A DNA stretch of 64,000 bases, from contig CAVQIT010000002.1 of NCBI GenBank assembly GCA_963712655.1, forward strand, positions 123,934 to 187,933, in the 5' to 3' direction. Of the stretch, positions 23,678 to 33,672 are shown one piece after another (the stretch's first letter is position 1; the number at the start of each line of letters is the position of its first letter). A model generated the notes under the pieces. It saw only the letters and a program-made list of their open reading frames with translations, did not search any database and was not told the origin of the DNA. This stretch comes from an uncultured beta proteobacterium. GTDB taxonomy: Bacteria; Pseudomonadota; Gammaproteobacteria; Burkholderiales; Burkholderiaceae_B. A program made the position numbers and the translations under genes.

Positions 23678-24949
23678 TCAGGTTCGGAGATCCATCATGT
23701 AGAGCTTGCGTTTTCCGTTGAATACGGAGTCGAAGAAAACCTTGCCGCCATCGGGCGACACTCTGGGATGAAGGTCGCAGCGGGTTTCGCCACCGAAATT
23801 GAAGCCCTGGAAAAACTGGCCCAGCTCCACGGTTTCGCCGGTGGCCAAGTTGGCCTTGAACAAATGCTGCATACGCGATTTATCGGGATAGGTATCGGTG
23901 ACGAACCAGTCGCCATGCACATGGGGATGGCCGTCTCCTCCCGCATCCAGCTTGCCGCCGAATAGCGGTTTGATGCCGCCGCTGTGGGCATCGATAAGGT
24001 AATAGCCGTCTTTGCCGGATGGCCCGCGCATATAGGAAATCACGCGGCTGTTATTGATCCAGAAACAATGGCTGACCATGCCGTGGTTGCTGAGTATCTT
24101 TAATCTCCCGGCGCGCGCATCCGCCATAAGCAGCCGGTCGAATTTTCGATTGCCCACGAAGTAGCGATGGAGAAATATGAATTTATCGCCGTCCGGGGAA
24201 ATCATCACATGATTGATTTTGTGTTTGGCCGATTTGAAGACAGATTCGAAACCTGTATGAATCACTTTGCCGATAGAATATAAAAGCGTGGACTCGCCGG
24301 TCTGCTGATCGACCTTCCAAATTCCGTCTTGATCCAGTTCAGCCATGTCCTTGTCATTCAGGGCAGGCAGGTTGCGGTAGCCATAATCGGGCCTTAGCGC
24401 CTGGATCCGCCTGTAGTTGATGGCGAGAAAATAGTCTTGCGCGAAGGAATCCTGTACGGGCAGGCAATAGCGCTTGATTTCCTTTCGTGTCCTCAGTGAA
24501 AAAACCCGGCTTATATAGCGCTGGTTCGAGTCATCGAAATCATTGAAGATGAACGAGTCGGAATCCAGCCAGTGCGCGCGGGCTCCCTGCTGCCAGTTAT
24601 ATGCCTTGGTTTTCACTTCCAGAATCGGCAGCGTCAGGTCGTTGAGCGAAAATATCAGGATGCTCAGGCTTTTTTTAGTATCGGGCTGGAGGTTTGTGGG
24701 GTGGATGGTCGAATGGCAAAGCAGAAAACCGTCCTGGGAAACCGGGGTTTTGTCGTAGTATCCAAAAAAGGTGTTGAGCGTTTCGTCGCCTACTGGCGCT
24801 ATCTTGTGGATGGATGTGTATTTGAAGTTTTTTTTATTCAGGATGAATACCAGCCGTGCATATGCCTTTTTTATTCCCGCTTTCAACACCGGAAACCGGG
24901 CCAGGAGCTTGGCGATTTTCCGCTCCACGGAACCATATTCGTTAGCCAT
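23678..24949 (-). CDS. Conserved capsule-locus protein, predicted beta-propeller (TolB/oligogalacturonate lyase-like C-terminus)
   Basis: FFGYYD, NWQQG, INH.MISPDG, DGHP, TDTYPD, RCDLHPR.SPDG; start coupled to wzy stop. Confidence 0.7.
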   Translation of the reverse strand: MANEYGSVERKIAKLLARFPVLKAGIKKAYARLVFILNKKNFKYTSIHKIAPVGDETLNTFFGYYDKTPVSQDGFLLCHSTIHPTNLQPDTKKSLSILIFSLNDLTLPILEVKTKAYNWQQGARAHWLDSDSFIFNDFDDSNQRYISRVFSLRTRKEIKRYCLPVQDSFAQDYFLAINYRRIQALRPDYGYRNLPALNDKDMAELDQDGIWKVDQQTGESTLLYSIGKVIHTGFESVFKSAKHKINHVMISPDGDKFIFLHRYFVGNRKFDRLLMADARAGRLKILSNHGMVSHCFWINNSRVISYMRGPSGKDGYYLIDAHSGGIKPLFGGKLDAGGDGHPHVHGDWFVTDTYPDKSRMQHLFKANLATGETVELGQFFQGFNFGGETRCDLHPRVSPDGGKVFFDSVFNGKRKLYMMDLRT

Positions 24950-26291
24950 ATAACTTCCGCTCATTGACGCGATTGAATACCGGGTTGGCGACATGCCGGG
25001 GCATGCCGGCCGCGGGAGTCCCGCCCGCGGGACGCATGCCCTGGACGGCGGCGTGCGACATGCCCGCCAGCATTCCATAGAAGAACCAGAGCTCCGGCAA
25101 CAGGATGTATTCGTTCATGGCCATCATGATGGCAATTACGAGGAATGACACTTTGAATGCTTTGCCTGGTCCTGACAGGGGCGGCAGTTTTCTCAAAATC
25201 AAAGACAATATGATCAGGAGCAGGGAAAATCCGATGATTCCCAGTTCCGCGAAATACGAGATATAGAAATTATGGGCCTTGGAGTCCTGGCCGTAGTCGC
25301 TTACCTTGTGAAAACTTTTCCTGTAGTTTTCCAGCCCCAAACCGGTTCCGAACCAGAAGTTATCCTCGGCGGTGGCGATCGCGCCCTTGAGCAGCATCAC
25401 GCGGTTGTAATCGCTCATGCTGCTGTCCAGGTTTTCATCATGGGCCAGCATTCGGGCGGTGACGGATACGTGCTCTAGCCGTTTCAAGGAGTTGTCGGCG
25501 ATACCGCTGAAGGCGAAGGCGATGATCAATAGCAGGGCCGCCGCGGATTTCAATAAACCGGCAAGCGAAAACCGCATGTAAAACATAAAGATGCCCGCCA
25601 GCAGGCCTATCAGGCCCGACCTGGAGAATATCAATGCCAGCGTCAGGACAACGCAAGCCATGCAGAAAACCAGCCATGTCCGCGACAGTCGTTCTTCTTT
25701 GTGTATGTAAAACAGCAAGGGGAATATCATGGCGATGAATACAACGGTGCCGTTCCGGTTCACGACGGGCATGAAGTTCGTGTCCTCGCCTATGCCCAGG
25801 GCAAAGCGGGCAAGCCCTACCAGGCAGCCCAGGACCAGGATGGTTGCCGTGGACTTGATGACTTTGTTTGCGGTACGCTTGTCGACTCTGGAAAAGAAAG
25901 CCGCCGCCGAAAAGAAAATGATGAAATTCAGAGGCCAGGCAAACCAATAGGTGAAATTGGCCAGGGTCGCCCCGCCTATCATCACTGTAGTCATGAACGC
26001 ATAAATGCAATAGATGATCGCAAGCGCCAATAGCAGGCTGTATGACCGCGGCAGGCGGATGTGATTGCGCACCGCCAAGGCCAGTCCGGCCGAGATTATC
26101 GGCAGATAGGCCAGCGGCATTCCGGCAAAACGGGCTATGTCCATCGATACATAAGGCATGAAGGCCAGCGGAAAAATGTTCAGGGCTATGCCGTAGCCGA
26201 AGGCGTGCAGGGCGTTCCTGTTTGAATAAATGGCAAACAGGAACAAGGCCGCCGAGGCGGTCAGATAATAGACCTGCAGTCCGATCAGCAA
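24942..26291 (-). CDS. wzy: Wzy polymerase / O-antigen ligase family protein
   Basis: About 12 TM helices, FSRSG, SD..R, FGTGLG, AHNFY...AELGIIG; TTG start. Confidence 0.8.
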   Translation of the reverse strand: MLIGLQVYYLTASAALFLFAIYSNRNALHAFGYGIALNIFPLAFMPYVSMDIARFAGMPLAYLPIISAGLALAVRNHIRLPRSYSLLLALAIIYCIYAFMTTVMIGGATLANFTYWFAWPLNFIIFFSAAAFFSRVDKRTANKVIKSTATILVLGCLVGLARFALGIGEDTNFMPVVNRNGTVVFIAMIFPLLFYIHKEERLSRTWLVFCMACVVLTLALIFSRSGLIGLLAGIFMFYMRFSLAGLLKSAAALLLIIAFAFSGIADNSLKRLEHVSVTARMLAHDENLDSSMSDYNRVMLLKGAIATAEDNFWFGTGLGLENYRKSFHKVSDYGQDSKAHNFYISYFAELGIIGFSLLLIILSLILRKLPPLSGPGKAFKVSFLVIAIMMAMNEYILLPELWFFYGMLAGMSHAAVQGMRPAGGTPAAGMPRHVANPVFNRVNERKLYG

Positions 26292-27640
26292 CGGTACGCT
26301 CCTTGAAACTCGGTCAGCCTGTCGATAATCGACTGCGCCTGCTTTTTCCTGGAGTAGTTGGCGATCAAGTCGTTCTGGGGCTTGTAGAAGCTGAATCGGT
26401 TCAGCGTTATGGCTTCCAGCAATAAATTTTTGATCTCGTTGGCATTTTTTGCGAAATAGCCGGTTCCGGTTCGTTCCAGTAATTCGCCCGCGGCATGTGT
26501 GCCGTCGATTCCCACCGCCAGTATGGGTATTCCGCTAACCAGATACTCAAACACTTTGCCCGTCAGCATGCCCTTTGCGCTGGGCTCGCCCGATTCAAGC
26601 AGTAGCAGCAAGCTGCTGTTTCTTTGAGCCTCCAGAGAGGCCTGCCGGTCCACGAACCCTTTTATCTGGATTATTCCGTGTCTGTTGGCGTTGCTTCGTT
26701 GAATGATTTGCCTGAGTTCGATTTCATTCTGGCCATAGAAGGCTATGCTCACTCTGCCGGGGTCTATCGAGCCGGCGTCAATCAGATCATTGACGGCGAT
26801 GAACAACGGCGTGGGATCGCGCCGGTTTGGGTAGATAGTTCCCGCATAGCAGATGGCGATCTCCTTTGCCGGCGGCGGCCACGCCGATACGGTTTGCAGC
26901 CAGGCGGGAAATTCGTCGGGATCGAAGCCGTTTTCGATAACCCAGACGGGCAGGGCGGGGTAGCGCGATTGCAAATCGGCGGCCAGAGGTTGGGACACGG
27001 TGATTATGGCGTCGGCCAGACCGTTGAGCGTGCGCCGTTCTTTGGCGTGCTCCAGTCTTTTGAATATTCCCCGCGCCGATGTGATGTGGTTGTTCACCCA
27101 TAAGTCCCTGAAGTCGGCGAACCATAGCAGTTCCGGATGCCGCTTCTTCAGCTTGCTGGCGACGACATGCACGGCGGGAGGTGAATAGGAGCTGACAATA
27201 AGGTCGTAATGGTTCGCGGCGATAAGCCGCAAGCCGGCCCGGTATGCGGGCTTCACCCACAAGTCGTGGATGTCGAGCATCGAGCCTATGTGGTTGCGCA
27301 GGCCGCGTACTTTATTTTTCAAGTTGGCCAGCCGGGATCCGCTTTCTTGCGTGTTGCGCGCGGGACGTGTTTTTTCCCGGTTCGATGCCGCTTGCCTGGA
27401 CCATCGTTTCCCTAGCCAGGCGGGCAGGCAGGGCACCTCGACGACAGTGACGTTTTCGGGCAGGTCGGGTTCCAGCCCGAAAGGGCCCATGAAGCTATAT
27501 TTTCTTGTCGTCAGCACGGTTACCTGATGTCCCTGCAATGCCCAGTATTTGGCCCACTGCCCGACCCGGAGCACGGGTACCCTGTTTTGCGGGTAGAAGA
27601 AACAGGTAATCAACAGGATGCTTTTTTTTTGTTCGTTCAT
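26285..27640 (-). CDS. Glycosyltransferase, GT-B/GT4-like
   Basis: FYP..RV...GHQVTVLT, ADFRDLW, IENGFD, YAGTIY, GKVFEYL. Confidence 0.87.
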   Translation of the reverse strand: MNEQKKSILLITCFFYPQNRVPVLRVGQWAKYWALQGHQVTVLTTRKYSFMGPFGLEPDLPENVTVVEVPCLPAWLGKRWSRQAASNREKTRPARNTQESGSRLANLKNKVRGLRNHIGSMLDIHDLWVKPAYRAGLRLIAANHYDLIVSSYSPPAVHVVASKLKKRHPELLWFADFRDLWVNNHITSARGIFKRLEHAKERRTLNGLADAIITVSQPLAADLQSRYPALPVWVIENGFDPDEFPAWLQTVSAWPPPAKEIAICYAGTIYPNRRDPTPLFIAVNDLIDAGSIDPGRVSIAFYGQNEIELRQIIQRSNANRHGIIQIKGFVDRQASLEAQRNSSLLLLLESGEPSAKGMLTGKVFEYLVSGIPILAVGIDGTHAAGELLERTGTGYFAKNANEIKNLLLEAITLNRFSFYKPQNDLIANYSRKKQAQSIIDRLTEFQGAYRC

Positions 27641-27681
27641 TCTCTGACCCAAAATTGAAGTACGTGCTCTCGCTGTCAACG

Positions 27682-29121
27682 TCACGCGGCCAGCCGCTTG
27701 TTCCATGCCTCCACGGCAATGAGCGGCGGCGCGCTGCTTACTCCAGGCGCATGGGCAAGCATGTTTTTATACAGTGTCCGTTCCTGGGGGGTTTCGAGCA
27801 TGGTGTTGTGCCACAGCACGGTGAAGTTGCCGCTTACGGCGCGGCAGGCTTCTTTCAACTGGATGAATTTTTCCAGGGCGGCCGCGCTTGCGCCCAGATT
27901 CATATAGCGGGGCGCCATCACGGTGCACTCCATGGCGATCAGCGGGCGGATGCGCAGGTTCAGCGCTACGCCGGCCACGGGATCGAAGGCCGGATATTCG
28001 TAGCATGTGCCGCAGCGGAAGCCTGGTTTTTCAGCGTAGCTGAGCGTGCTGTCGTAGGCCATACCCCCCTGTTCCCAGCCATACAAGGTCGCCGGAGTTT
28101 GCCAGCGCAGATAATGCATGCGCCCGCCCCATTTATCCTGGACTATGCCTTCTTCCCGGCAAATATCGAACAGCTCGCGCGCCTCCGACACAATGAGGTT
28201 CGGACTTTGGTAGGTGTTGTAGCTGGGATGCAGGCCAATTTCGTGGCCGCGGGCATGAATGCGCCGCAGCAGCTCGCGAATGGCGGGATGCCTGGCGTTG
28301 TAACGCGCGTCCAGGGATGGATGCGTCCGGCCGCAGATAAAGTAGAAGGCGCTGACCAGCCCATGCTGTTCGGATGTGTCCATGATCCAGTTGAAGGTAT
28401 TGAATGGGTCGCGCGCATTCAGCTTTTCCTTCGAACGCAACCATATCGCCGGCGCTTCCATCGCCTTGATGGGTTGGCGCCGTCTCAAGATGTCGCCGGC
28501 CATTGTGCGCAGCAGCCTGCTGAAACTGGAGAAACCGTAGCGCGCCGGTGTATCGACGTCATGAGACAGGCGGATCGCAAAAGTATGCCCGACCAGAGGC
28601 AAGGCGGGCCATGTGCGTTGAACGACCTGGGCCAATATGGCTAACCATTCATCGACCACTGGGCGCTCCAGATAGCGGTGTCTATAGGCATGGGACGACG
28701 TGGCGGGAAACCGGCCGTGTTTGTCCAGATCCATGCGGCCCACTTCCTCCTGGCGCGACAGCATCCAATAGGCCAGGCCCAGAATGTCATAGCGGACGGT
28801 ATAGCCCGCGGCAGTCTGTTCGATCAGGGGAAATGCCAGCGCATCCGCTCCGGGTGCCGGCAGTGGCGCGCGCAAAGCGGGCTGCCAGCCTTCGCTTGCG
28901 GCATCCCAGTGGCCGCAGGGCAAGTCGGAGCATGCCCGCGAGAATGTTGCCGGATCGGACTCGATACGTACATTCATATCGCTGCCGGGAAGAGATAAAA
29001 GCACATACCCGGGTTCGGGCTGGGCAAGCCGCAAATGGTCGTTCAGGCGCTCGCGCAATATCGCGTTCAGCCAGGCCAGGGCCGCGGTTCGTGTCGATCG
29101 GGGAAAATTCAAGTCGGTCAC
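27682..29121 (-). CDS. Polysaccharide deacetylase-like protein
   Basis: D.HGRF, RPVVDEW, LSHDVD, HEIGLHPSY, RMHYLRW, YDST, GFRCGTC, LWHN. Confidence 0.78.
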   Translation of the reverse strand: MTDLNFPRSTRTAALAWLNAILRERLNDHLRLAQPEPGYVLLSLPGSDMNVRIESDPATFSRACSDLPCGHWDAASEGWQPALRAPLPAPGADALAFPLIEQTAAGYTVRYDILGLAYWMLSRQEEVGRMDLDKHGRFPATSSHAYRHRYLERPVVDEWLAILAQVVQRTWPALPLVGHTFAIRLSHDVDTPARYGFSSFSRLLRTMAGDILRRRQPIKAMEAPAIWLRSKEKLNARDPFNTFNWIMDTSEQHGLVSAFYFICGRTHPSLDARYNARHPAIRELLRRIHARGHEIGLHPSYNTYQSPNLIVSEARELFDICREEGIVQDKWGGRMHYLRWQTPATLYGWEQGGMAYDSTLSYAEKPGFRCGTCYEYPAFDPVAGVALNLRIRPLIAMECTVMAPRYMNLGASAAALEKFIQLKEACRAVSGNFTVLWHNTMLETPQERTLYKNMLAHAPGVSSAPPLIAVEAWNKRLAA

Positions 29122-29163
29122 CTTGATCTGAATTGCGATGCAAATTCGTGTGGAAGGATTGCT

Positions 29164-31437
29164 TCAGGATCCATGCGTTCCATACGTGATGTAGCTGCTG
29201 CGGTGGCTGCCGTAGCGGGAACTGTAGCGTTGGCTGGATGCGTCGAAATCGTTGAATATCACGCCTTGGACTTGCGCTCCCGCCTGGTTCAGGCGCTTGG
29301 TGGATTCTTTCAGTTCATTCAAGGTGCTGACTTGCGCGCGAGCCAGCAAGAATACGGTGCCCACATAAGGAGCCAGCGCCATGGCGTCGGAGACGGGCAG
29401 CACCGGGGCGGTGTCCAGCAGCACCACGTCGTAGTTTTCCGACAGACTGTGCAGCAGCCGCATGGTCTTGGCGGAAAGCAGCATTTCCGCGGGGTTGTGG
29501 GGCAGGATGCCGGTGGTGATCATATCGACATTCGGCATGACATCCTTATGCAGGACTTGCTGCAGCGACGCCGTGCCGCGCAGCAGGTCGCTCAGGCCGT
29601 TGTAGCGCTCCATGTCAAAATACCGGTGAATGCTGCCGCTGCGGAAATCGGCATCGATGAGCAACACCCGTTTATCGGCCGCCCCCAGCACGGCGGCCAG
29701 GTTGACACTGGTGAATGTCTTGCCGATATTGGGCGTGGGGCCCGCAAGCATGACGATATTATTGGCGGCCTCCTGCAGTGTGAACTGCAAGTTGGTTCGC
29801 AGGCTGCGCAAGCTTTCTATTGCCGGATCGGCGGGCGAGTTTTCAGCGAGAATGTGCCTGAAGTAAGGTTTTCGATTGCGCTGCCTGCGCTGCCGATACG
29901 CGCCGGGAAGCACGCGGGGCACGGTCGCCAATACATTCAGGCCCAGGCTGGATTCAATATCGTTGGCCAGCCTGACGCCAGGGCGCAGAAAGCTGCGCAA
30001 TAAGGCCCAGCCTGTGCCCAGCAAAAGGCCGAACACGCCCGCAATCGAAAGCACCAATAGCGGCCTGGGCTTGACGGGTTCCTCGGGAACGATGGCCGTG
30101 TCGACCATGCGCACGTTGCCCACTTTCCCTTCCTTGACCAGCCTTAATTGCTGGGCGCTATTCAGCAGGCTGGCGTAGAGCTCGCCATTGACCTTGACGT
30201 CGCGCACCAGATTAAGCAATTGCTGCTCCAGTTCGGGCAATGTCTTGATGTGGGCGGCCAGCCTGGCGACCTCTTTTTCAAGAGCCGAGATTTGCTGATT
30301 GAGGGCTTGTATGGTGGGGTGGGACGGCCCGAACTGAGAGACTAATTCGCGGCGCCTTTGTTGCAGTTCGAATAATTGGGTTTGCATGGTCACGGACGTG
30401 TTCAGCGACAAGGTGCCTTCAGTGCCCAGATTGAATGTGCCGTTTTTATCGCGGAATGCTGTGTATTTGTTGTCGGAGTCATCCATTTGCTTTCTTAGCT
30501 GGGGCAAGAATCCATTCAGGAAAGACAGCGATTTTTCGGCTTCCGCGGCCTTGCGCTCGGTGTTCTGTTTTACATAGGCCGCGCCGATCGCATTCAGGAT
30601 GTTGGTGACCTGGACCGGATCCGTGCCTTCCAGCGCCATGGATAGCACGCCCGAGGGTTTGCCTTTTTCATCGATAGCCAGTTTGTTCTGCAGGGACTGG
30701 ATGATGTTCTGGCTAGAGCGTCGGACGAGAACAAATCCCGCCTCAGGCGCTGCGTTCAGGTTTGCCACCAGGATCCGCCCCATCTGGCCGCCCGCGCTGA
30801 AGTCGCTTGCCGTTCCGACTTTGCCGTCGGCCAGCTTCTCGCCATCGGGTCCGTACAGCTCATAGCCCTCGATCGTGGCGATCAGCGCCAGTTTTTGATT
30901 TTCCAGGCTTTGGGGAGCATCCAGTTGCGCCACGCTGATGGACTCCGTGCCCCAGACATATCCGCCTATGAGGTAGCCGCCGATATTGAAGGCGCGGGGG
31001 CTGGACAATCCCGTTGCGTGCTTGGCCAGCCAATGCCCGATCAGGGGAATGTAGTTGGGAGTCGCTTCAATATGCAGCTGCAGATGATCGCTGGCTTGTC
31101 CAACGACAAGGCGGGAACGCAGAATTTCAATTTCGGCGGTGGCGGGCGATTGGATATTGAACACGGTGGCCAGTTCGTCCAGGATATGATTGCTGGGCGT
31201 GGTGGTTGGACTCTGTTCGACCTGAATCAAGGCGTCGGCCTGATATACCGGCTGGCTTATCACGGCGTAGGCTCCGCCCAGCAGCAAGCTTGCCGCAAGC
31301 ACGCCCAGGATCAGCCAGCGCGCATTGATAATCGTATCGAGCAGGCCGAAAAAGTTGATATCGTCATTGCTCTGCTGCGCGAACGGCAGGGGGCCGACCG
31401 GCGCGACGGCATAGTGAGTATTCATGGCGTGGCTCAT
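29164..31437 (-). CDS. wzc: Wzc tyrosine autokinase / chain-length regulator
   Basis: Two TM segments, EIEILRSR, ESLRSLRT, GPTPNIGKT, LIDAD, LLDTAP, C-terminal Tyr cluster. Confidence 0.93.
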   Translation of the reverse strand: MSHAMNTHYAVAPVGPLPFAQQSNDDINFFGLLDTIINARWLILGVLAASLLLGGAYAVISQPVYQADALIQVEQSPTTTPSNHILDELATVFNIQSPATAEIEILRSRLVVGQASDHLQLHIEATPNYIPLIGHWLAKHATGLSSPRAFNIGGYLIGGYVWGTESISVAQLDAPQSLENQKLALIATIEGYELYGPDGEKLADGKVGTASDFSAGGQMGRILVANLNAAPEAGFVLVRRSSQNIIQSLQNKLAIDEKGKPSGVLSMALEGTDPVQVTNILNAIGAAYVKQNTERKAAEAEKSLSFLNGFLPQLRKQMDDSDNKYTAFRDKNGTFNLGTEGTLSLNTSVTMQTQLFELQQRRRELVSQFGPSHPTIQALNQQISALEKEVARLAAHIKTLPELEQQLLNLVRDVKVNGELYASLLNSAQQLRLVKEGKVGNVRMVDTAIVPEEPVKPRPLLVLSIAGVFGLLLGTGWALLRSFLRPGVRLANDIESSLGLNVLATVPRVLPGAYRQRRQRNRKPYFRHILAENSPADPAIESLRSLRTNLQFTLQEAANNIVMLAGPTPNIGKTFTSVNLAAVLGAADKRVLLIDADFRSGSIHRYFDMERYNGLSDLLRGTASLQQVLHKDVMPNVDMITTGILPHNPAEMLLSAKTMRLLHSLSENYDVVLLDTAPVLPVSDAMALAPYVGTVFLLARAQVSTLNELKESTKRLNQAGAQVQGVIFNDFDASSQRYSSRYGSHRSSYITYGTHGS

Positions 31438-32588
31438 CGTGTCATGTCCCGGGTGGCGCTGACGGCGCCATAACTAGGCAGCAGCATGCTTATTACGCGG
31501 TTCCAGCGCACGATGGGCGCCGGGTCGACAAAAACCATATCGTGCGCTTTCAGTTCGAAGTCGGCGGCCAGCACATATGCTGTCGGAACACTGGCGTCCA
31601 GGTGATAGATTTCGGCGTTTCCATGGTCGCCCTTGCGTATTACATAAATCTGCCGGGGATTGCTGGTTTCCGGGTTCACGCCTCCGGCTTCGCCCAGAGC
31701 CTGGGCCAGCGTCAACTGGCCGTCGTTCAAAGGCTGGCCGCGAGGCGAGTACACATCGCCCAGCATGAATACTTTGGACTCGCCGCGGTTGACGACGCGC
31801 AGCAGATCGCCGCTGGCCAGCATGATCTGCGCCGGATTCACGCCGCTTCTGGTCAACTGCGGCAGATTGATGCGGGTAGCCACCCCCTTGCGCGTCAAAA
31901 CCAGGGACGACCGGTCCGCCTCGGGCGTAAAGCCGCCCGCCCGGTTGATCGCTTCCGGCAGGGTCATGGGAATGTCGTTGATCGTCAGCAAGCCCGGAGA
32001 GCGCACCTCTCCGTCGACGTATACCCGCCCGTTGCGGTAGGCTTGAATGCGCACCGTCAATTGCGGATTATTGATATATGGGGTTATGCGCTTGGTCAAC
32101 AGAGCGCGCAACTGATATTCGGTCAAGCCCGATACATTGATTGCGCCCACGAACGGAAACTGGATAAAGCCATCGGGGCTGACGTTATAGCCGTTTCCGA
32201 CTTCGGCGGTGCTCGGCAGATTCGTCGCAACGGTTGAGCCGGCCGCCACCAAGGCAAGTTCAGGATGGTTCCAGACCACGATGTTCAGAATGTCGCCCGG
32301 GCCGATCTTATACGTCGATCCGGCGCCGAAAAGATGCTTGATGTCCTGCTGGACTACGGAGTCCTGCGACGTTCGCAATTGCTGGATCAGTTGTGGCGAG
32401 ATGGTCATCAGCGCCCCGGGCGGCGCGCTCTCGTTATTGACCGCCGCGGCGACATCCTGGGGCTTGCCCATATACATGCCGGGCGACATGCTGCATGCTG
32501 AAAGCAAGGCGAAGGCGCAAATCATCGTGCCGACAGCGGCGAGACGCGAAAGCACCGGATAGCTCGGGAAAAAAAGCAGGTCTTTCAT
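31434..32588 (-). CDS. wza: Wza outer-membrane polysaccharide export lipoprotein
   Basis: Lipobox LSAC, YKIGPGDILNIVVWNHPEL, SLBB repeats, RWNRVI..LLP C-terminal helix. Confidence 0.93.
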   Translation of the reverse strand: MKDLLFFPSYPVLSRLAAVGTMICAFALLSACSMSPGMYMGKPQDVAAAVNNESAPPGALMTISPQLIQQLRTSQDSVVQQDIKHLFGAGSTYKIGPGDILNIVVWNHPELALVAAGSTVATNLPSTAEVGNGYNVSPDGFIQFPFVGAINVSGLTEYQLRALLTKRITPYINNPQLTVRIQAYRNGRVYVDGEVRSPGLLTINDIPMTLPEAINRAGGFTPEADRSSLVLTRKGVATRINLPQLTRSGVNPAQIMLASGDLLRVVNRGESKVFMLGDVYSPRGQPLNDGQLTLAQALGEAGGVNPETSNPRQIYVIRKGDHGNAEIYHLDASVPTAYVLAADFELKAHDMVFVDPAPIVRWNRVISMLLPSYGAVSATRDMTR

Positions 32589-32667
32589 CAAATCCACTTT
32601 AAGGTAACGAAGGTTAAGCCGCGATGCCGGGCGAACTTCAAACGCCGGCTTCGATACCGCGGTCGTG

Positions 32668-32679
32668 CAGGCTACCGCA
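32668..32679 (-). promoter_or_regulatory. ops-like pause element TGCGGTAGCCTG in the wza leader
   Basis: One mismatch to GGCGGTAGnnTG, 80 nt upstream of the wza ATG and downstream of the RfaH-like gene. Confidence 0.7.
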
Positions 32680-32815
32680 GTGTTTTTGCCCGATCGGGGA
32701 AAAATCACTCCTGTTTTGCCGCGGTACCGCTTTGTCGCCAGGGGTCAGGGAAGATGCTTGCGATCGGCCTCGCTCACCCCGGCAAGGCCTTATTATGGAT
32801 AGTTCGATATACGCT

Positions 32816-33409
32816 TCAGGTCAGCTCCACCCGGCTGCGTGTGGAGCTGACCTTGATTGTTCTGCCAAGAATTTCCATCAGCACGATCACGCGCTGCGCC
32901 GATGTGGAGTGCACCAGGCCCTCCAGGCCATTCAAGACTGGATCGCAAAGTCGCACACGGCAGCCGGCTTGCAGGGGACTTATGATTTGCAGGTCCGCCC
33001 GGTTGCGTTGCTGCTCATGTTGCTGGACCGCGGCCAGGATTTCCGGCTGGATCAAAGCGAAATTGATGCCGAATCTGACGATGGAATTCACCCCGCGCGT
33101 CGATCTGGCGGCGCCGATGGATTGTTTGTCGTTGGATGGCCGGAAAAACATGTAGCGTGGAAACATAGGTTCGTGTTTGACCCGCGTTCCGGTTTCTGGA
33201 GAAGTCGAAGCATGTTTCGCCATCGTTTTGTACAACGGCAGGTAAGTCAAGAATCCTTGCTGTTGCAAATTCTTTGCCGCCAGGCTTTCTTTGCGCGGTT
33301 CGGTGTACGCGACATACCAGGCGGCAGCGCTTTCGGGCGCCGCAATGATCTCCGGCAAATAGACCGGCATGGCCGCTTGCGCCGGCGACGGGTCGACATG
33401 GCAATGCAT
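32816..33409 (-). CDS. RfaH/NusG-family transcription antitermination factor
   Basis: WYVAYTEPRKE..A..NL.QQGF..YLP, EPMFPRYMF, STRGV..IVRFG, KOW-like C-terminus. Confidence 0.88.
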   Translation of the reverse strand: MHCHVDPSPAQAAMPVYLPEIIAAPESAAAWYVAYTEPRKESLAAKNLQQQGFLTYLPLYKTMAKHASTSPETGTRVKHEPMFPRYMFFRPSNDKQSIGAARSTRGVNSIVRFGINFALIQPEILAAVQQHEQQRNRADLQIISPLQAGCRVRLCDPVLNGLEGLVHSTSAQRVIVLMEILGRTIKVSSTRSRVELT

Positions 33410-33672
33410 ATTTCTCTCCCCCTATCTTGCTGTTTCTTGAAACCGGCAGGATGTCTTGCGAACCGTCGCACAGGCTCTGTTCCTGGGCGTTTCGAGGTGT
33501 TCGCGGCACTTATTGCCATGCTTTCAAATATGTGCAATTTTTAGCAGATATTGCGTTTGGCCTGCCATGGGCTGTATGTGCTAGGGCGAGTGTTGTAGGC
33601 CATGCGGAGTAGGCCGTGCGGGGGAATGAATTGCGCAAAGCGAGGGATTTGCGCCCCCGCTTTTATTGATGT

